Below, piece after piece: positions 28,137-38,796 of a stretch of 64,000 bases of DNA. How positions within the stretch are numbered: the stretch's first letter is position 1; every line of letters starts with the position of its first letter. This DNA is from Candidatus Latescibacterota bacterium. GTDB taxonomy: Bacteria > Latescibacterota > UBA2968 > UBA8231. Location of the stretch: contig OZ252098.1 of assembly GCA_965248355.1 (NCBI GenBank), positions 3,520,001-3,584,000 of the forward strand. Direction: 5' to 3'. Position numbers and translations under genes: made by a program. Below the pieces are notes generated by a model, which worked only from the letters and a program-made list of their open reading frames with translations, searched no databases and had not been told where the DNA came from.

Positions 28137-28412
28137 ATGGCCAGGGTTCAACTCGTGATCCCCGATGAGGACCGTGATCACTTCGTCCATCAGGCGCGGA
28201 GCGAGGGCATGACCCTGAGCGCCTGGCTCAGGACCGCTGCACGCCAGCGCCTCGAAGAGCAGCAGAGATCCCACCCCTTCGAATCCCCGGATGATGTCGA
28301 GGGGTTCTTCCGCGCCTGCGATGCATTGGAAGGCCCCGGGGGGGAACCGGATTGGGAGCAGCACCTGGCCGTCATCGACGAATCGCGAAGACGGGACGCA
28401 TCCGGCACGTGA
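28137..28412 (+). CDS. Antitoxin (RHH/CopG-like, VapB)
   Basis: 91 aa, MARVQLVIPDEDR...ARSEGMTLSAWLRTAA; stop overlaps toxin start (GTGA). Confidence 0.8.
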   Translation: MARVQLVIPDEDRDHFVHQARSEGMTLSAWLRTAARQRLEEQQRSHPFESPDDVEGFFRACDALEGPGGEPDWEQHLAVIDESRRRDASGT

Positions 28413-28801
28413 TCTTCGTGGATACGAACGTCTTCATGTACGCCGTGGGCCGTCCCCATCCCCTCCGCGATCCGGCGCGGGAGTTCTTCAGCGAGTGCAT
28501 CCGCTCCCGCACCCCTCTGTGTACCTCGGCTGAGGTGCTGCAGGAACTCGCCCACGCCTACCTGCCCGTTGCACGGAAGCAGACCCTCGACGCGGCTCTG
28601 TCGTTGATCGCCAAGTCCCGGGTGGAGGTGTGGCCCCTGGAACAGGAGGACGTCGTCCTGGCGCGCCAACTCCACGAGCAGCATCCCACCCTTGGCGCCC
28701 GGGACCTCTGCCACCTGGCCAGTTGCCGCCGCCGCGGCATCAGGGACGTCCGGACCTTCGATCAGGCCCTCGGGGTCGTCCTCGGAGGGATGGCACGGTA
28801 A
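28409..28801 (+). CDS. vapC: PIN-domain VapC toxin
   Basis: MIFVDTNVFMY, EVLQEL, ARDLCHLA, TFDQAL acidic PIN residues. Confidence 0.9.
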   Translation: MIFVDTNVFMYAVGRPHPLRDPAREFFSECIRSRTPLCTSAEVLQELAHAYLPVARKQTLDAALSLIAKSRVEVWPLEQEDVVLARQLHEQHPTLGARDLCHLASCRRRGIRDVRTFDQALGVVLGGMAR

Positions 28802-28874
28802 GGCGAACTCAGCCGACTGGATGATCGCCGGCGGTTCAGGAAGCAGGCCGGACGGTCGGGACAGCCACACCGCG

Positions 28875-28994
28875 CTACAGCAGCTTGCGGATCCCCTCCA
28901 TGGCTGAGCGCCGGGCGCGGTTTCGGATCAGCGGGCCCGGTCCCCGCGAGGCGGCGGAGAACAAGCTGAGCAGCGAGAGCAGCCTGTACAGCAT
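28875..28994 (-). CDS. Possible 39-aa basic amphipathic small protein
   Basis: MLYRLLSLLSLFSAASRGPGPLIRNRARRSAMEGIRKLL; fills the gap between tRNA and vapC; RBS weak. Confidence 0.35.
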   Translation of the reverse strand: MLYRLLSLLSLFSAASRGPGPLIRNRARRSAMEGIRKLL

Positions 28995-29060
28995 CGTATC
29001 ATGGCTGCCTGTCAGAATAGGGGGGGGATTGCCCGATCCGGGCAGGTTGCATCGTGAGCT

Positions 29061-29136
29061 TGGTGGAGCTGAGGGGAATCGAACCCCTGACCTCCTGAAT
29101 GCCATTCAGGCGCTCTCCCAACTGAGCTACAGCCCC
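29061..29136 (-). tRNA. tRNA-Ala(GGC)
   Basis: GGGGCTGTAGCTCAGTTGGGAGAGCGCCTGAATGGCATTCAGGAGGTCAGGGGTTCGATTCCCCTCAGCTCCACCA; 76 nt, G3:U70, encoded CCA. Confidence 0.98.
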
Positions 29137-29150
29137 CCAGGAAGGCCCAG

Positions 29151-29179
29151 AACGTAACCCCCGCCTGTTCTAGCGTCAA
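29151..29179 (-). promoter_or_regulatory. tRNA promoter
   Basis: TTGACG-17 nt-TACGTT followed by a GC-rich discriminator. Confidence 0.65.
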
Positions 29180-29206
29180 CGGCCGCAGGCACCTGCGGCC
29201 GCTCCC

Positions 29207-29778
29207 TTACTGGTTCAGCGAAATGCCCAGGCCGATGTCGGAGCCGTACTCGTCCCGCTCCGAGGAACTGGGCCCGATGGACAGCAGGGTGAGGACCAGC
29301 CGGGCCCCGGTGGAGGCGTCGTATCCGGAGGCGGTGCGGATGCGAAGCGTCCCCAGGGCCTGGGTGCCGGTCACCGAGGTGGTGAGGCTGGCCCCGAGAA
29401 CCCGCAACTCCGCACCGGTTACCACCACCCCGTTCGGAACCGGGGTGACGAAAGGCGTCTCCAACGTGGCCTCGGCGTTGGCCAGGTCGAAGGCGGCCGG
29501 GGGCTCGGCTTCCAGCCTTATGTCGAACTGGCGCACTTGGTCGGCGCCGTCGACCTCGAAGGTGAGGGTGATCTCCTGCCCGGGTCCCGAGGCATCGAGG
29601 CCCTCCCCGACGATGCGGAAGCGCTCCGCGAAGGAGCCGGACAAGTCGGCCGTCAGGCGCAGGCCCGCCTCCCCGACCGGGGCGATGACCTCTACGGGGC
29701 TGGAGGGGTTGGCCTTGGGATCCTCTTCGGAGCAGGCGGACAGCCGGCGAGGCTTGCGAGGGCGAATCGAAGCAACAC
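29207..29778 (-). pseudogene. Lipoprotein with beta-sandwich (cohesin-like) domain, 1-bp frameshift in the signal peptide (or sequencing error)
   Basis: AAGGAG-6 nt-GTG gives MLLRFALASLAG; the adjacent frame continues LSAC-SEEDPKANP; length 572 nt, one short of 191 codons. Confidence 0.6.
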
Positions 29779-29847
29779 GGAATGCTCCTTGCTCGGTCCA
29801 CTGCACTTCCGGCAAGAAGATCGCCAGCCAACCCCGGACTGGCAAAG

Positions 29848-30645
29848 TCAGCGGCAGGCCCTCCCGACCGACCACGAAGGCGTTGCGCCGAGTTGGTGGT
29901 GGGTGCGCAGATGCACGCCCATGCGCAGGCTGCGGACCCCGGCCCCCAGGCCGAAGCCGTACTGGCGCGGCCGGTCGAGCCCGTCCAGCGTCATCGCCGC
30001 TCGTCCCCCGAGGGGCAGAGTCAGACCCACCTCCGGCCGGGCGGCCGTGCCCCGCCAGCGGACCCCCAGGGAAAGGGTGCCCTCCGGGCCCTCGTGGCGC
30101 AGTCCCACCGAAACCCTCCGCTCCAGCAGGTCCCCCGAGGCGCCGTGCCACCACCCCTCCACCTGCCATCCGCCAATGGCGCCGGCGCGGACCCCCAGGA
30201 CCGGCACCCGTGCTCGCCAGGCCGGCTGGCCGGTCCGCGTCAGCCGCACCTCCAGCACCCCGGCGCCGAGGTCCAGCCCGCGGGTCAGGGAAGCGGCCAC
30301 CCCCGCCAGGATCGCCTGCTCCCGGTGCTGAGGAGGCCCGCGAACGGCCAGTCCGAAGCCGGTCCGTGCCCGACCGATGCCGGGGGCCGCTACGAGAAGG
30401 TTGTGGCCGGCCAGCTCCTGCAGCCCGAAGGGGCGGTCGTGGCCGACATGTCCGCAGACGGCGGCCGTGGCCGAGGCCAACCGGGCGGGGTTGGCCCCCA
30501 GCCGCTCCGGTGCCGCCAGCGGATCGGCGAAGGGACCCCGCTCAAAGGCGCCGCCGGCCACCGCCGCGGTGCCGAGCAGCAGCGCACCGATCCACAGCGG
30601 AACGCGGGGCGAGAGAAATGGGCAGGGGGCCACGGGGGAGGCCAT
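29848..30645 (-). CDS. Hypothetical outer-membrane protein, distantly PorV/FadL-like
   Basis: Signal peptide, NPARLA, RPFGLQELA, C-terminal RTHHQLGATPSWSV strand. Confidence 0.5.
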   Translation of the reverse strand: MASPVAPCPFLSPRVPLWIGALLLGTAAVAGGAFERGPFADPLAAPERLGANPARLASATAAVCGHVGHDRPFGLQELAGHNLLVAAPGIGRARTGFGLAVRGPPQHREQAILAGVAASLTRGLDLGAGVLEVRLTRTGQPAWRARVPVLGVRAGAIGGWQVEGWWHGASGDLLERRVSVGLRHEGPEGTLSLGVRWRGTAARPEVGLTLPLGGRAAMTLDGLDRPRQYGFGLGAGVRSLRMGVHLRTHHQLGATPSWSVGRACR

Positions 30646-30748
30646 GCAAGTCCCGGGCCACGCCTTCTCCTCGAGGGCCTCCGCCGGCCCCGGTCACGAC
30701 GGTGTCACCCGGTGCACACGGCCCTGGGGCCTGGGAGACCCGTTCCCC

Positions 30749-31522
30749 TCAGGCGGCGGCCCCCTTGCGCACGGTGAAGCGGTCCTCGTACTCGCCGCGG
30801 CGGAAGCGCTCCAGGTCGAGGTCGCCGGGCACGTAGTGCCAGGCCGTGGAATAGCGGGTTCGCTCCGGGTCGTCGTTGTCGGCGGTGCCGTGCAGGAGGT
30901 TGGCCGAGAACAGGACCACCGTCCCCGCGCGGACGGCCAGGTCCACGGCGCGGGCCTCGTCGACCTGGGTCCAGGAGCCGTGCATGCCCTGCTCCCGCTG
31001 GTGATCGACGATGACGGCCTCGTGGTGGCTGCCGGGGACAACCCGCAGGCAGCCGTTGCGCCGGTCGGCGTCCTGCAGATAGATGCCGCAGGACAGGATC
31101 CGCCGGGAGTTGGTGCCGAAGTAGAAGCTGTCCTGGTGCCAGTGGGTGGAGGTTCCGCCGCCCGGGAGCTTGGGGAAGAACTTGGTGCCGAAGACATCCA
31201 CCTCCCCGGAGCCGAGCAGCTCGGCGGCCCGGTCGACGATGGCGGGCTCACCGGCCAGGTCGAGGATCCTCGGCTCGGCGACGCAGACGCCCTGCACCTT
31301 GTGCAGCAGTCCCGGCAGGGGCCGGCCGTCACCGTCCAGCTCCAGGCTGAAATGCCCTTCCGGCTCGCTCAGGGCGCGGCCTCGTGCGACCAACTCGTCG
31401 AGCACCGACTGGTAGTGGGCGAGTCGCGCCCCTTTCAGCAGACCCTCGAAGACCAGGTACCCGCGGTCGCGAAACTCCTGCCTCTCGGCTTCGGTGAGCA
31501 CCGGCAGACCTCCCTTCTTCAT
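30749..31522 (-). CDS. Phytanoyl-CoA dioxygenase (PhyH) family protein
   Basis: FRDRGYLVFEGLL, HWHQDS, NGCLRVVPGSH, LLHGT. Confidence 0.92.
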   Translation of the reverse strand: MKKGGLPVLTEAERQEFRDRGYLVFEGLLKGARLAHYQSVLDELVARGRALSEPEGHFSLELDGDGRPLPGLLHKVQGVCVAEPRILDLAGEPAIVDRAAELLGSGEVDVFGTKFFPKLPGGGTSTHWHQDSFYFGTNSRRILSCGIYLQDADRRNGCLRVVPGSHHEAVIVDHQREQGMHGSWTQVDEARAVDLAVRAGTVVLFSANLLHGTADNDDPERTRYSTAWHYVPGDLDLERFRRGEYEDRFTVRKGAAA

Positions 31523-32035
31523 CTATAGCCCCCAGCGGACCGACACGCGGATTCCGGGCGGCCCCGGGTTTGCGGCATCGACCTGGAAATCCTCCAGGTG
31601 GGCGTCGACGTAGGCGTCCAGGGCGGACAGGGTAGCGGTTACGAGATAGAGCAGGACCCGCGTATTGCGTCGGGCGGCGCGATTCTCGTGGTCCTGCGGG
31701 GTGGGTGCGTCTCCCACGCGGGCGCTCTCGACGATGGCGGAGGTGAGCCAGCCGGCGCCGGCACCGGCGAAGAGCAGAGCCTTCAGCCCGTGGCCGGTGG
31801 CGGCCTGGCCCCATCCCGGCAGCACGGCCGAACGCACCAGGACGGCGCGCGGGGAGAGCCGCCCGTCGTCCTGCCGCACGGAGTCGACCGCTGCTTTCGC
31901 CACGGGTCCGGCCTGCCGCACGGAGTCGGCCTCGGCCTTCATCGCAGGTGCGGACTCCTGGGCGCCAACCGGCAGCGTCGTCAGCAGCAGCACCAGGACT
32001 CCGGCAGGCCCGCAGCCCGGCTCAGCCCGGGCCAC
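31523..32035 (-). CDS. DUF5683-like membrane protein (start uncertain)
   Basis: SPRAVLVRSAVLPGWGQ, SALDAYVDAHLEDF. Confidence 0.75.
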   Translation of the reverse strand: MARAEPGCGPAGVLVLLLTTLPVGAQESAPAMKAEADSVRQAGPVAKAAVDSVRQDDGRLSPRAVLVRSAVLPGWGQAATGHGLKALLFAGAGAGWLTSAIVESARVGDAPTPQDHENRAARRNTRVLLYLVTATLSALDAYVDAHLEDFQVDAANPGPPGIRVSVRWGL

Positions 32036-32978
32036 CGGTCTCCCCCCCGCCCAGGCGCTCTCCGGGGCACAGTGGATAGCCCCGGGCAAAGGCCTGTCCC
32101 GACATCCGCGGCCGGCCGGCCGGCTGCACCTCGGTCAGACGCAGGGAGCCGTCAGCGCAGGCCACGACCACGCCGTCCTCCGAGCTGCAGCGGAGCACCT
32201 GGCCCGGCGGCGCCCCGCCCGGGGCCGGCTCCGCCGACTCGACGCGATGCACCTTGAGCACGCCCCCGGCCCACTCGGTGAAGGCCCCCGGCACCGGGTT
32301 GGCGCCGCGCACCCGGTTGCGCACACGCAGAGCCGGCCACCCCCAGTCGAGGCGGCCGTCCTCGCGGGTCAGCCGGGGAGCTCTCGACACTCCCTCTCCC
32401 GCCTGGGGCCGCGGCTGCAGGCGGCCTTCCTCCATCCCGTCGAGGGACTGGACCAGCAGCCGGGCGCCTTCGACGGCCAGCCGCGCTTCGAGCTCGCCGC
32501 CGGTCTCGACCTCGCCGATGGCCACCCTCTCCTGCAGCAGGATGTCGCCGGCATCGACGCGCCGGTTCAGCAGGAAGGTGGTGACGCCGGTCTCGGTACA
32601 GCCGTCGAAGAGGGCCCAGACGATGGGCGCGGCCCCCCGGTAGGCGGGCAGCAGGGACGGGTGCACGTTGACCGAGCCCAGCCGGGGCACGCGGAGCAGC
32701 CGGTCCGGAAGGATGGAGTAGGCGACCACGGCCAGGACGTCCGGGGCGAGGGCTCTCAACTCTTCGGCCAGTTTCGCGTCACGGGGGGAAGCCGGCTGCA
32801 TGACCGCGAGGCCGAGATCGATGGCCGCGGTCTTGACCGGAGGGGGCCGGATCCGGCGCCCTCGGCCGGCGGCGCGATCGGGATTGGTGACCACGGCGGC
32901 CACCTCGTGGCGGCTGGCGGCCAGCCGCCGCAGGGAGGGAACCGCGAAGTCGGGATTGCCGAGGAAAACGACCTTCAG
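32022..32978 (-). CDS. fmt: Methionyl-tRNA formyltransferase
   Basis: KVVFLGNPDFAVPSL, VVTNPDR..GRGR, NVHPSLLPAYRGAAPI, VDAGDI, VQPAGRPRM; probable CTG start. Confidence 0.95.
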   Translation of the reverse strand: MKVVFLGNPDFAVPSLRRLAASRHEVAAVVTNPDRAAGRGRRIRPPPVKTAAIDLGLAVMQPASPRDAKLAEELRALAPDVLAVVAYSILPDRLLRVPRLGSVNVHPSLLPAYRGAAPIVWALFDGCTETGVTTFLLNRRVDAGDILLQERVAIGEVETGGELEARLAVEGARLLVQSLDGMEEGRLQPRPQAGEGVSRAPRLTREDGRLDWGWPALRVRNRVRGANPVPGAFTEWAGGVLKVHRVESAEPAPGGAPPGQVLRCSSEDGVVVACADGSLRLTEVQPAGRPRMSGQAFARGYPLCPGERLGGGETGGPG

Positions 32979-33313
32979 GACTTGGACTCGCCCTCGTCGC
33001 GCACGCGCGACACGGCGGAGCGGGACATCTCCACGCGGACATTCTCGGCGATCTTCACCGCGATGACCTCGTCCTTCAGGCTGAGTATCACGCCGTGGAG
33101 GCCGCCGCTGGTGACGATCTTGTCCCCTTTTTTCAACTCGGAGATCATCTTCTGCTGCGCCTTCTGCTTCTTGATCTGCGGCCTCAGGATCAGGAAGTAG
33201 AGGACCACGAACATCAGCACGTAGGGGAGAATGACCAGAGGCGTGCCGCCTTGGCCTTCGCCGCCGCCGCCCATGGCGTGGGCGGGCTCCGCAAGGAGGA
33301 AGAGCAGGGTCAC
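32975..33313 (-). CDS. yajC: Preprotein translocase subunit YajC
   Basis: YFLILRPQIKKQK...LKKGDKIVTSGGLHG. Confidence 0.95.
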   Translation of the reverse strand: MTLLFLLAEPAHAMGGGGEGQGGTPLVILPYVLMFVVLYFLILRPQIKKQKAQQKMISELKKGDKIVTSGGLHGVILSLKDEVIAVKIAENVRVEMSRSAVSRVRDEGESKS

Positions 33314-33358
33314 TTCGGGCCTTTCGTGAGGGAGGACTCTTGAGGAAAATAGACCGTC

Positions 33359-35398
<2,040 letters not shown>

Positions 35399-36055
35399 CT
35401 AGGAGCGGGCTCCCCCGTAGGCTGCCTTGATCGAGGACCAGGTCGTTCCGCCGGCCGGCTTGGGGCTCTCGTTCTCGCCGCAGTCCGTGGAGAGGGGATC
35501 GTCCAGCCAGCGCACGATTCGCCAGAGGTCGTCGTCGCCGCGGCGCATCTTGAAGGTCATCACCTGGTCGACCGCGAAGCCAACGTCCGGCTGCTCGAGC
35601 AGCCGGATCACCACCCGACCCCGGAAGACCTCCCAGTCCTCGTCGGGGTGCCCGTCCGGATCGTCCTCGTGGCTCTTTGGATGATCGCGGCCCAGCTCGG
35701 TGGAGCGCCGGGACTGGTGGAAGGTCCACTCGATGGTGCGGTAGATGTCGAAGATCCCCTGGGACGAGCCGTCCCGCGGGCCCATGATCCGCAGCTCCTC
35801 CTCCTTGCCGTAGGCGAACTCCAGATCTCCCCTGCAGTCGATCTCGGTGAACCAGAAGCCATCGTCGAGGAGGGTCTCGTAGAGATCCTTGTCGCGTTCG
35901 TTGAAGGCTCTCTCCAGGTTCGACATCACCACCTGGGCGGTGGTCGCCTCGGGCGCCGGCGGCTCTTTGTCCCCCGGTCTCACAGGCGGCGCGAAGGGGT
36001 TGTCGCAGCCGGCCAGGAGAATCCCGGTCAGGGCGATCACGAGTCGGGGTGCCAT
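35399..36055 (-). CDS. Lipoprotein, NTF2/SnoaL-like fold
   Basis: MAPRLVIALTGILLAG-C lipobox; VMSNLERAFNERDKDLYETLLDDGFWF; WRIVRWLD; C-terminal TTWSSIK. Confidence 0.75.
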   Translation of the reverse strand: MAPRLVIALTGILLAGCDNPFAPPVRPGDKEPPAPEATTAQVVMSNLERAFNERDKDLYETLLDDGFWFTEIDCRGDLEFAYGKEEELRIMGPRDGSSQGIFDIYRTIEWTFHQSRRSTELGRDHPKSHEDDPDGHPDEDWEVFRGRVVIRLLEQPDVGFAVDQVMTFKMRRGDDDLWRIVRWLDDPLSTDCGENESPKPAGGTTWSSIKAAYGGARS

Positions 36056-36071
36056 GGGTCTCCTCCTCTTC

Positions 36072-36833
36072 CTACTGGGCGAACTCGCCGCGCAACTCGG
36101 TGAAGGTGCGCTCCGAGGACGGCTCGCGGAAGTCCTGCCAGCGACGGATGGACCATTCGGGGTTCTCGTCGCTCTTCGTCGCCAGGTCGATCTGCATGCG
36201 GCCCCGCACCTCGAAGACGCGCGCCACCTGCTCCTCGCCCGGCTGGGTGGTGAAGTCGATGATGTACGGGAAAATATACGTCTCCTCTTGGGAATCGTCC
36301 GGGTCCAGCCTCTGCTCGTCGCGGTTGGCATCGTACCAGCGGCTGATTCTGATACGCTGGAAGTTCTTGCGGTCGAGGAGGTTGAAGGCGAAGCGGCGCT
36401 CCTCCTCGCGGGTCCACAAGGTGTCCGTATCCGGAGGATCGGGATCGTACCCCGAGGGCAGGTCGTAGACCTCCCTGTAGAGTTCCAGGCCGGCGAGTTC
36501 CGGCGCGAAGAGGAAGTCCTCCGAAAGCTGATCCACGTACTGGAGCGGACTGAAGCCCTCGAAGGCTTGGCGCAGGTTGAGGACGACGGCCACCGACGTC
36601 GTCGGCTCCCGGAGGAACAACCGGTCGCCGCTCGGGCACTCCGGAAGACGCGTCGAGAATGGACTCGATGGATCCGCGGCGGCCTCGTCGCCGGCGTCGT
36701 TGCAGCGGGGGAAGGCGGTCAGATCCGTGTCCTCCGCGCAGAGGCACTCCACCTCGGCGCCCTCCTCGAGGCTGCAGGCGGCCAGGACCCACACGGACCC
36801 GAGCACCAGGAGGAACCGTATGCCGCAGCTCAT
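36072..36833 (-). CDS. Lipoprotein, paralog of neighbour with Cys-rich N-terminus
   Basis: VLAA-C lipobox; VVLNLRQAF...YVDQLSEDFLF; WTREEE; WSIRRWQD; TFTELRGEF. Confidence 0.75.
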   Translation of the reverse strand: MSCGIRFLLVLGSVWVLAACSLEEGAEVECLCAEDTDLTAFPRCNDAGDEAAADPSSPFSTRLPECPSGDRLFLREPTTSVAVVLNLRQAFEGFSPLQYVDQLSEDFLFAPELAGLELYREVYDLPSGYDPDPPDTDTLWTREEERRFAFNLLDRKNFQRIRISRWYDANRDEQRLDPDDSQEETYIFPYIIDFTTQPGEEQVARVFEVRGRMQIDLATKSDENPEWSIRRWQDFREPSSERTFTELRGEFAQ

Positions 36834-37876
36834 CCCGGCAACTCGGACAGCGGCACCAGGGTGAAGCACAGGGCCAGAAGGATGAAGCACAGGATCCCTA
36901 TCATCCGCCGGCGCCTGTCGAGGGGGAGGCCGGGGTGGTACGGAGGCGGGTGCCGGCGGCCGACGAGGGCCAGCAGCAGGGCGATCAGCAGCCACCCGGG
37001 CCAGCCCCTGGGCAGGTCCCAGACGACCGACATCACTCCGTAGACGCCCATGGCCAGCAGGGTGGCGAAGCACAGCCGGCTCAGGCCGCGGTGACGGTCT
37101 CCGAGCAGGGCGTAGGCGATGTGTCCCCCGTCGAGCTGGCCCACGGGCAGCAGGTTGAAGGCGGTGATCACGAGGCCCACCCAGCCGGCGAAGGCGACCG
37201 GGCTGAGGAGGACGATCCGGTCGTCGCCGGCGGCCGGCAGCAGCCAGGCCGAGAGCCCCTCGAAGAGCAGCGGCGAGCCCAGCTGCAGAACGCCGGGGCG
37301 CAGATTCCCCGGCAGCTCGAGGAAGTAGCCGGGCTCCACGACCCGGGACATGGGCAGCCCCACGAGGCAGGCGGCGACGGCGACCACGAGACCCGCCAGG
37401 GGCCCGGAGGCGCCGATGTCGAGGAGGGCGCGCTTGTGCGGGATCGGCGAGCGGATTCGGATCACGGCGCCGAGCGTCCCCAGGGGAGACAGGTACGGCA
37501 GGGGGATGAAATAGGGCAGGGAGGCCTTCACGCCCCAGCGCCGGGCGGCGAAGTAGTGCCCGAACTCGTGCACGGTGAGAATGCCGAGGAGGGTTGCCGC
37601 GAAGGGCCAGCCCTCCACGAGGTGAACGAGCTGGTCGAGCTCCGTCAACGGATCGACACCCTGCTGCATGGCGCCGGCGACCATCATGGAGAACAAGGTC
37701 AGCAGGAACAGCAGCACGTGAGTGGAGGGCCGGTGAGAGGTCGGGGACGGTCGTCGCCTCTCCTCGGGCCAGACCGCACCGGCCCCATGGCCGGGGAAGT
37801 ACCGGGACGTTCCGTGCCAGTCCGGGGAGCGCTCCGGCCGGGGGGGCGGGGTCGGCTCCCTCCGCCACCACCTCAT
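36830..37876 (-). CDS. Site-2 protease (M50 family)
   Basis: VHEFGHY, DIGASGPLAG, NLLPVGQLDGGH. Confidence 0.93.
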   Translation of the reverse strand: MRWWRREPTPPPRPERSPDWHGTSRYFPGHGAGAVWPEERRRPSPTSHRPSTHVLLFLLTLFSMMVAGAMQQGVDPLTELDQLVHLVEGWPFAATLLGILTVHEFGHYFAARRWGVKASLPYFIPLPYLSPLGTLGAVIRIRSPIPHKRALLDIGASGPLAGLVVAVAACLVGLPMSRVVEPGYFLELPGNLRPGVLQLGSPLLFEGLSAWLLPAAGDDRIVLLSPVAFAGWVGLVITAFNLLPVGQLDGGHIAYALLGDRHRGLSRLCFATLLAMGVYGVMSVVWDLPRGWPGWLLIALLLALVGRRHPPPYHPGLPLDRRRRMIGILCFILLALCFTLVPLSELPG

Positions 37877-37878
37877 CC

Positions 37879-38796
37879 TCAGGACCCCCTCCTGACCAGG
37901 CTCACCCGGTGGGCCTCCCCGAGTCCGTCCCCGAAGGGCAGGAAGGCGTAGTCCAGCCGCCAGAGGCGGGCCGACAGGCCCACCCCGAAGGCCAGGTTCC
38001 CCGTGCCGGCGGTGCCGTATCCGGTGCGCACCACCAGGCGCGGCGACAGGCTCCACTCGGCTCCCAGGTGCAGACTCGCGTCGGCGTCGCGGCTGGTCCC
38101 GATGTCGGCGGCGGCGGTCAGGGGCCCCCGCGCCAGGGCCGCGCCAACGCGGGCCTGCAGAGGCAGCTCCGTCGCCTCCCGGTCCAGCTCGTTCATCCGG
38201 CCCAGATTGCGCAACGCCGCCCCGAACGACCACGGACCCCTCCCGTACAGCAGACCCAGATCGACGGCCAGGCCCGAGGCGGCCTCGACGTCGATGGACT
38301 GGCGCACGAGCTTGCCGCCGATGCCCAGCCGCAGGCGCTCGCCCCACGGCCGGGACCAGGCGGCCCCCGCCGTCCACTCGTAGAGGCCGAACTCTCCGAG
38401 AGGCTCCCGGGTCGGGCCCAGGCGCCGCTCCAGGCCCCCTGCATGGGCCATGCGCACGTCGAGGGCCAGCACGTCGCCCGCGGCTCTCGGCCACAAGGCC
38501 GCGGCCTGCTCGTGGCGCATGCCTCCGATCCACTCGGTGTGGCTCAGCACCGCCGACCGCACCGGCGCCAGGGCCGCGGGGTTGAGGCTGGCCGCCGCCG
38601 GATCGGAGAGGGCCGTCGCCGCTCCCCCGAGAGCCGCGGCCCGGGCCCCGGCGCCCTGGCGGAGGAATCCCAGGCCGCTGTCGGCGTCGATGCCCCCGGG
38701 CAGCCAGCAGGCGCAGGCCGCGATCAGGACCGCCCGGCCGCCCCGGGCCGGAAGGGGCTCCGGCCTGGGAAGACGTCTCGCCGGCGAAGGCTTCAA
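37879..38796 (-). CDS. PorV/PorQ-like outer-membrane protein
   Basis: FLRQGAGARAAALGGA.TA...NPAALA; DYAFLPFGDGLGEAHRVSL; TTG start overlaps upstream TGA. Confidence 0.8.
   Translation of the reverse strand: MKPSPARRLPRPEPLPARGGRAVLIAACACWLPGGIDADSGLGFLRQGAGARAAALGGAATALSDPAAASLNPAALAPVRSAVLSHTEWIGGMRHEQAAALWPRAAGDVLALDVRMAHAGGLERRLGPTREPLGEFGLYEWTAGAAWSRPWGERLRLGIGGKLVRQSIDVEAASGLAVDLGLLYGRGPWSFGAALRNLGRMNELDREATELPLQARVGAALARGPLTAAADIGTSRDADASLHLGAEWSLSPRLVVRTGYGTAGTGNLAFGVGLSARLWRLDYAFLPFGDGLGEAHRVSLVRRGS

Noticed and set aside
28000..29136. Integrative element or prophage at tRNA-Ala
   Set aside because: No integrase and no duplicated tRNA 3' end seen in the window
31870..31928. 17-bp direct repeat CCTGCCGCACGGAGTCG
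   Set aside because: Only two copies, encoding a DSVRQ peptide duplication inside a CDS; not CRISPR
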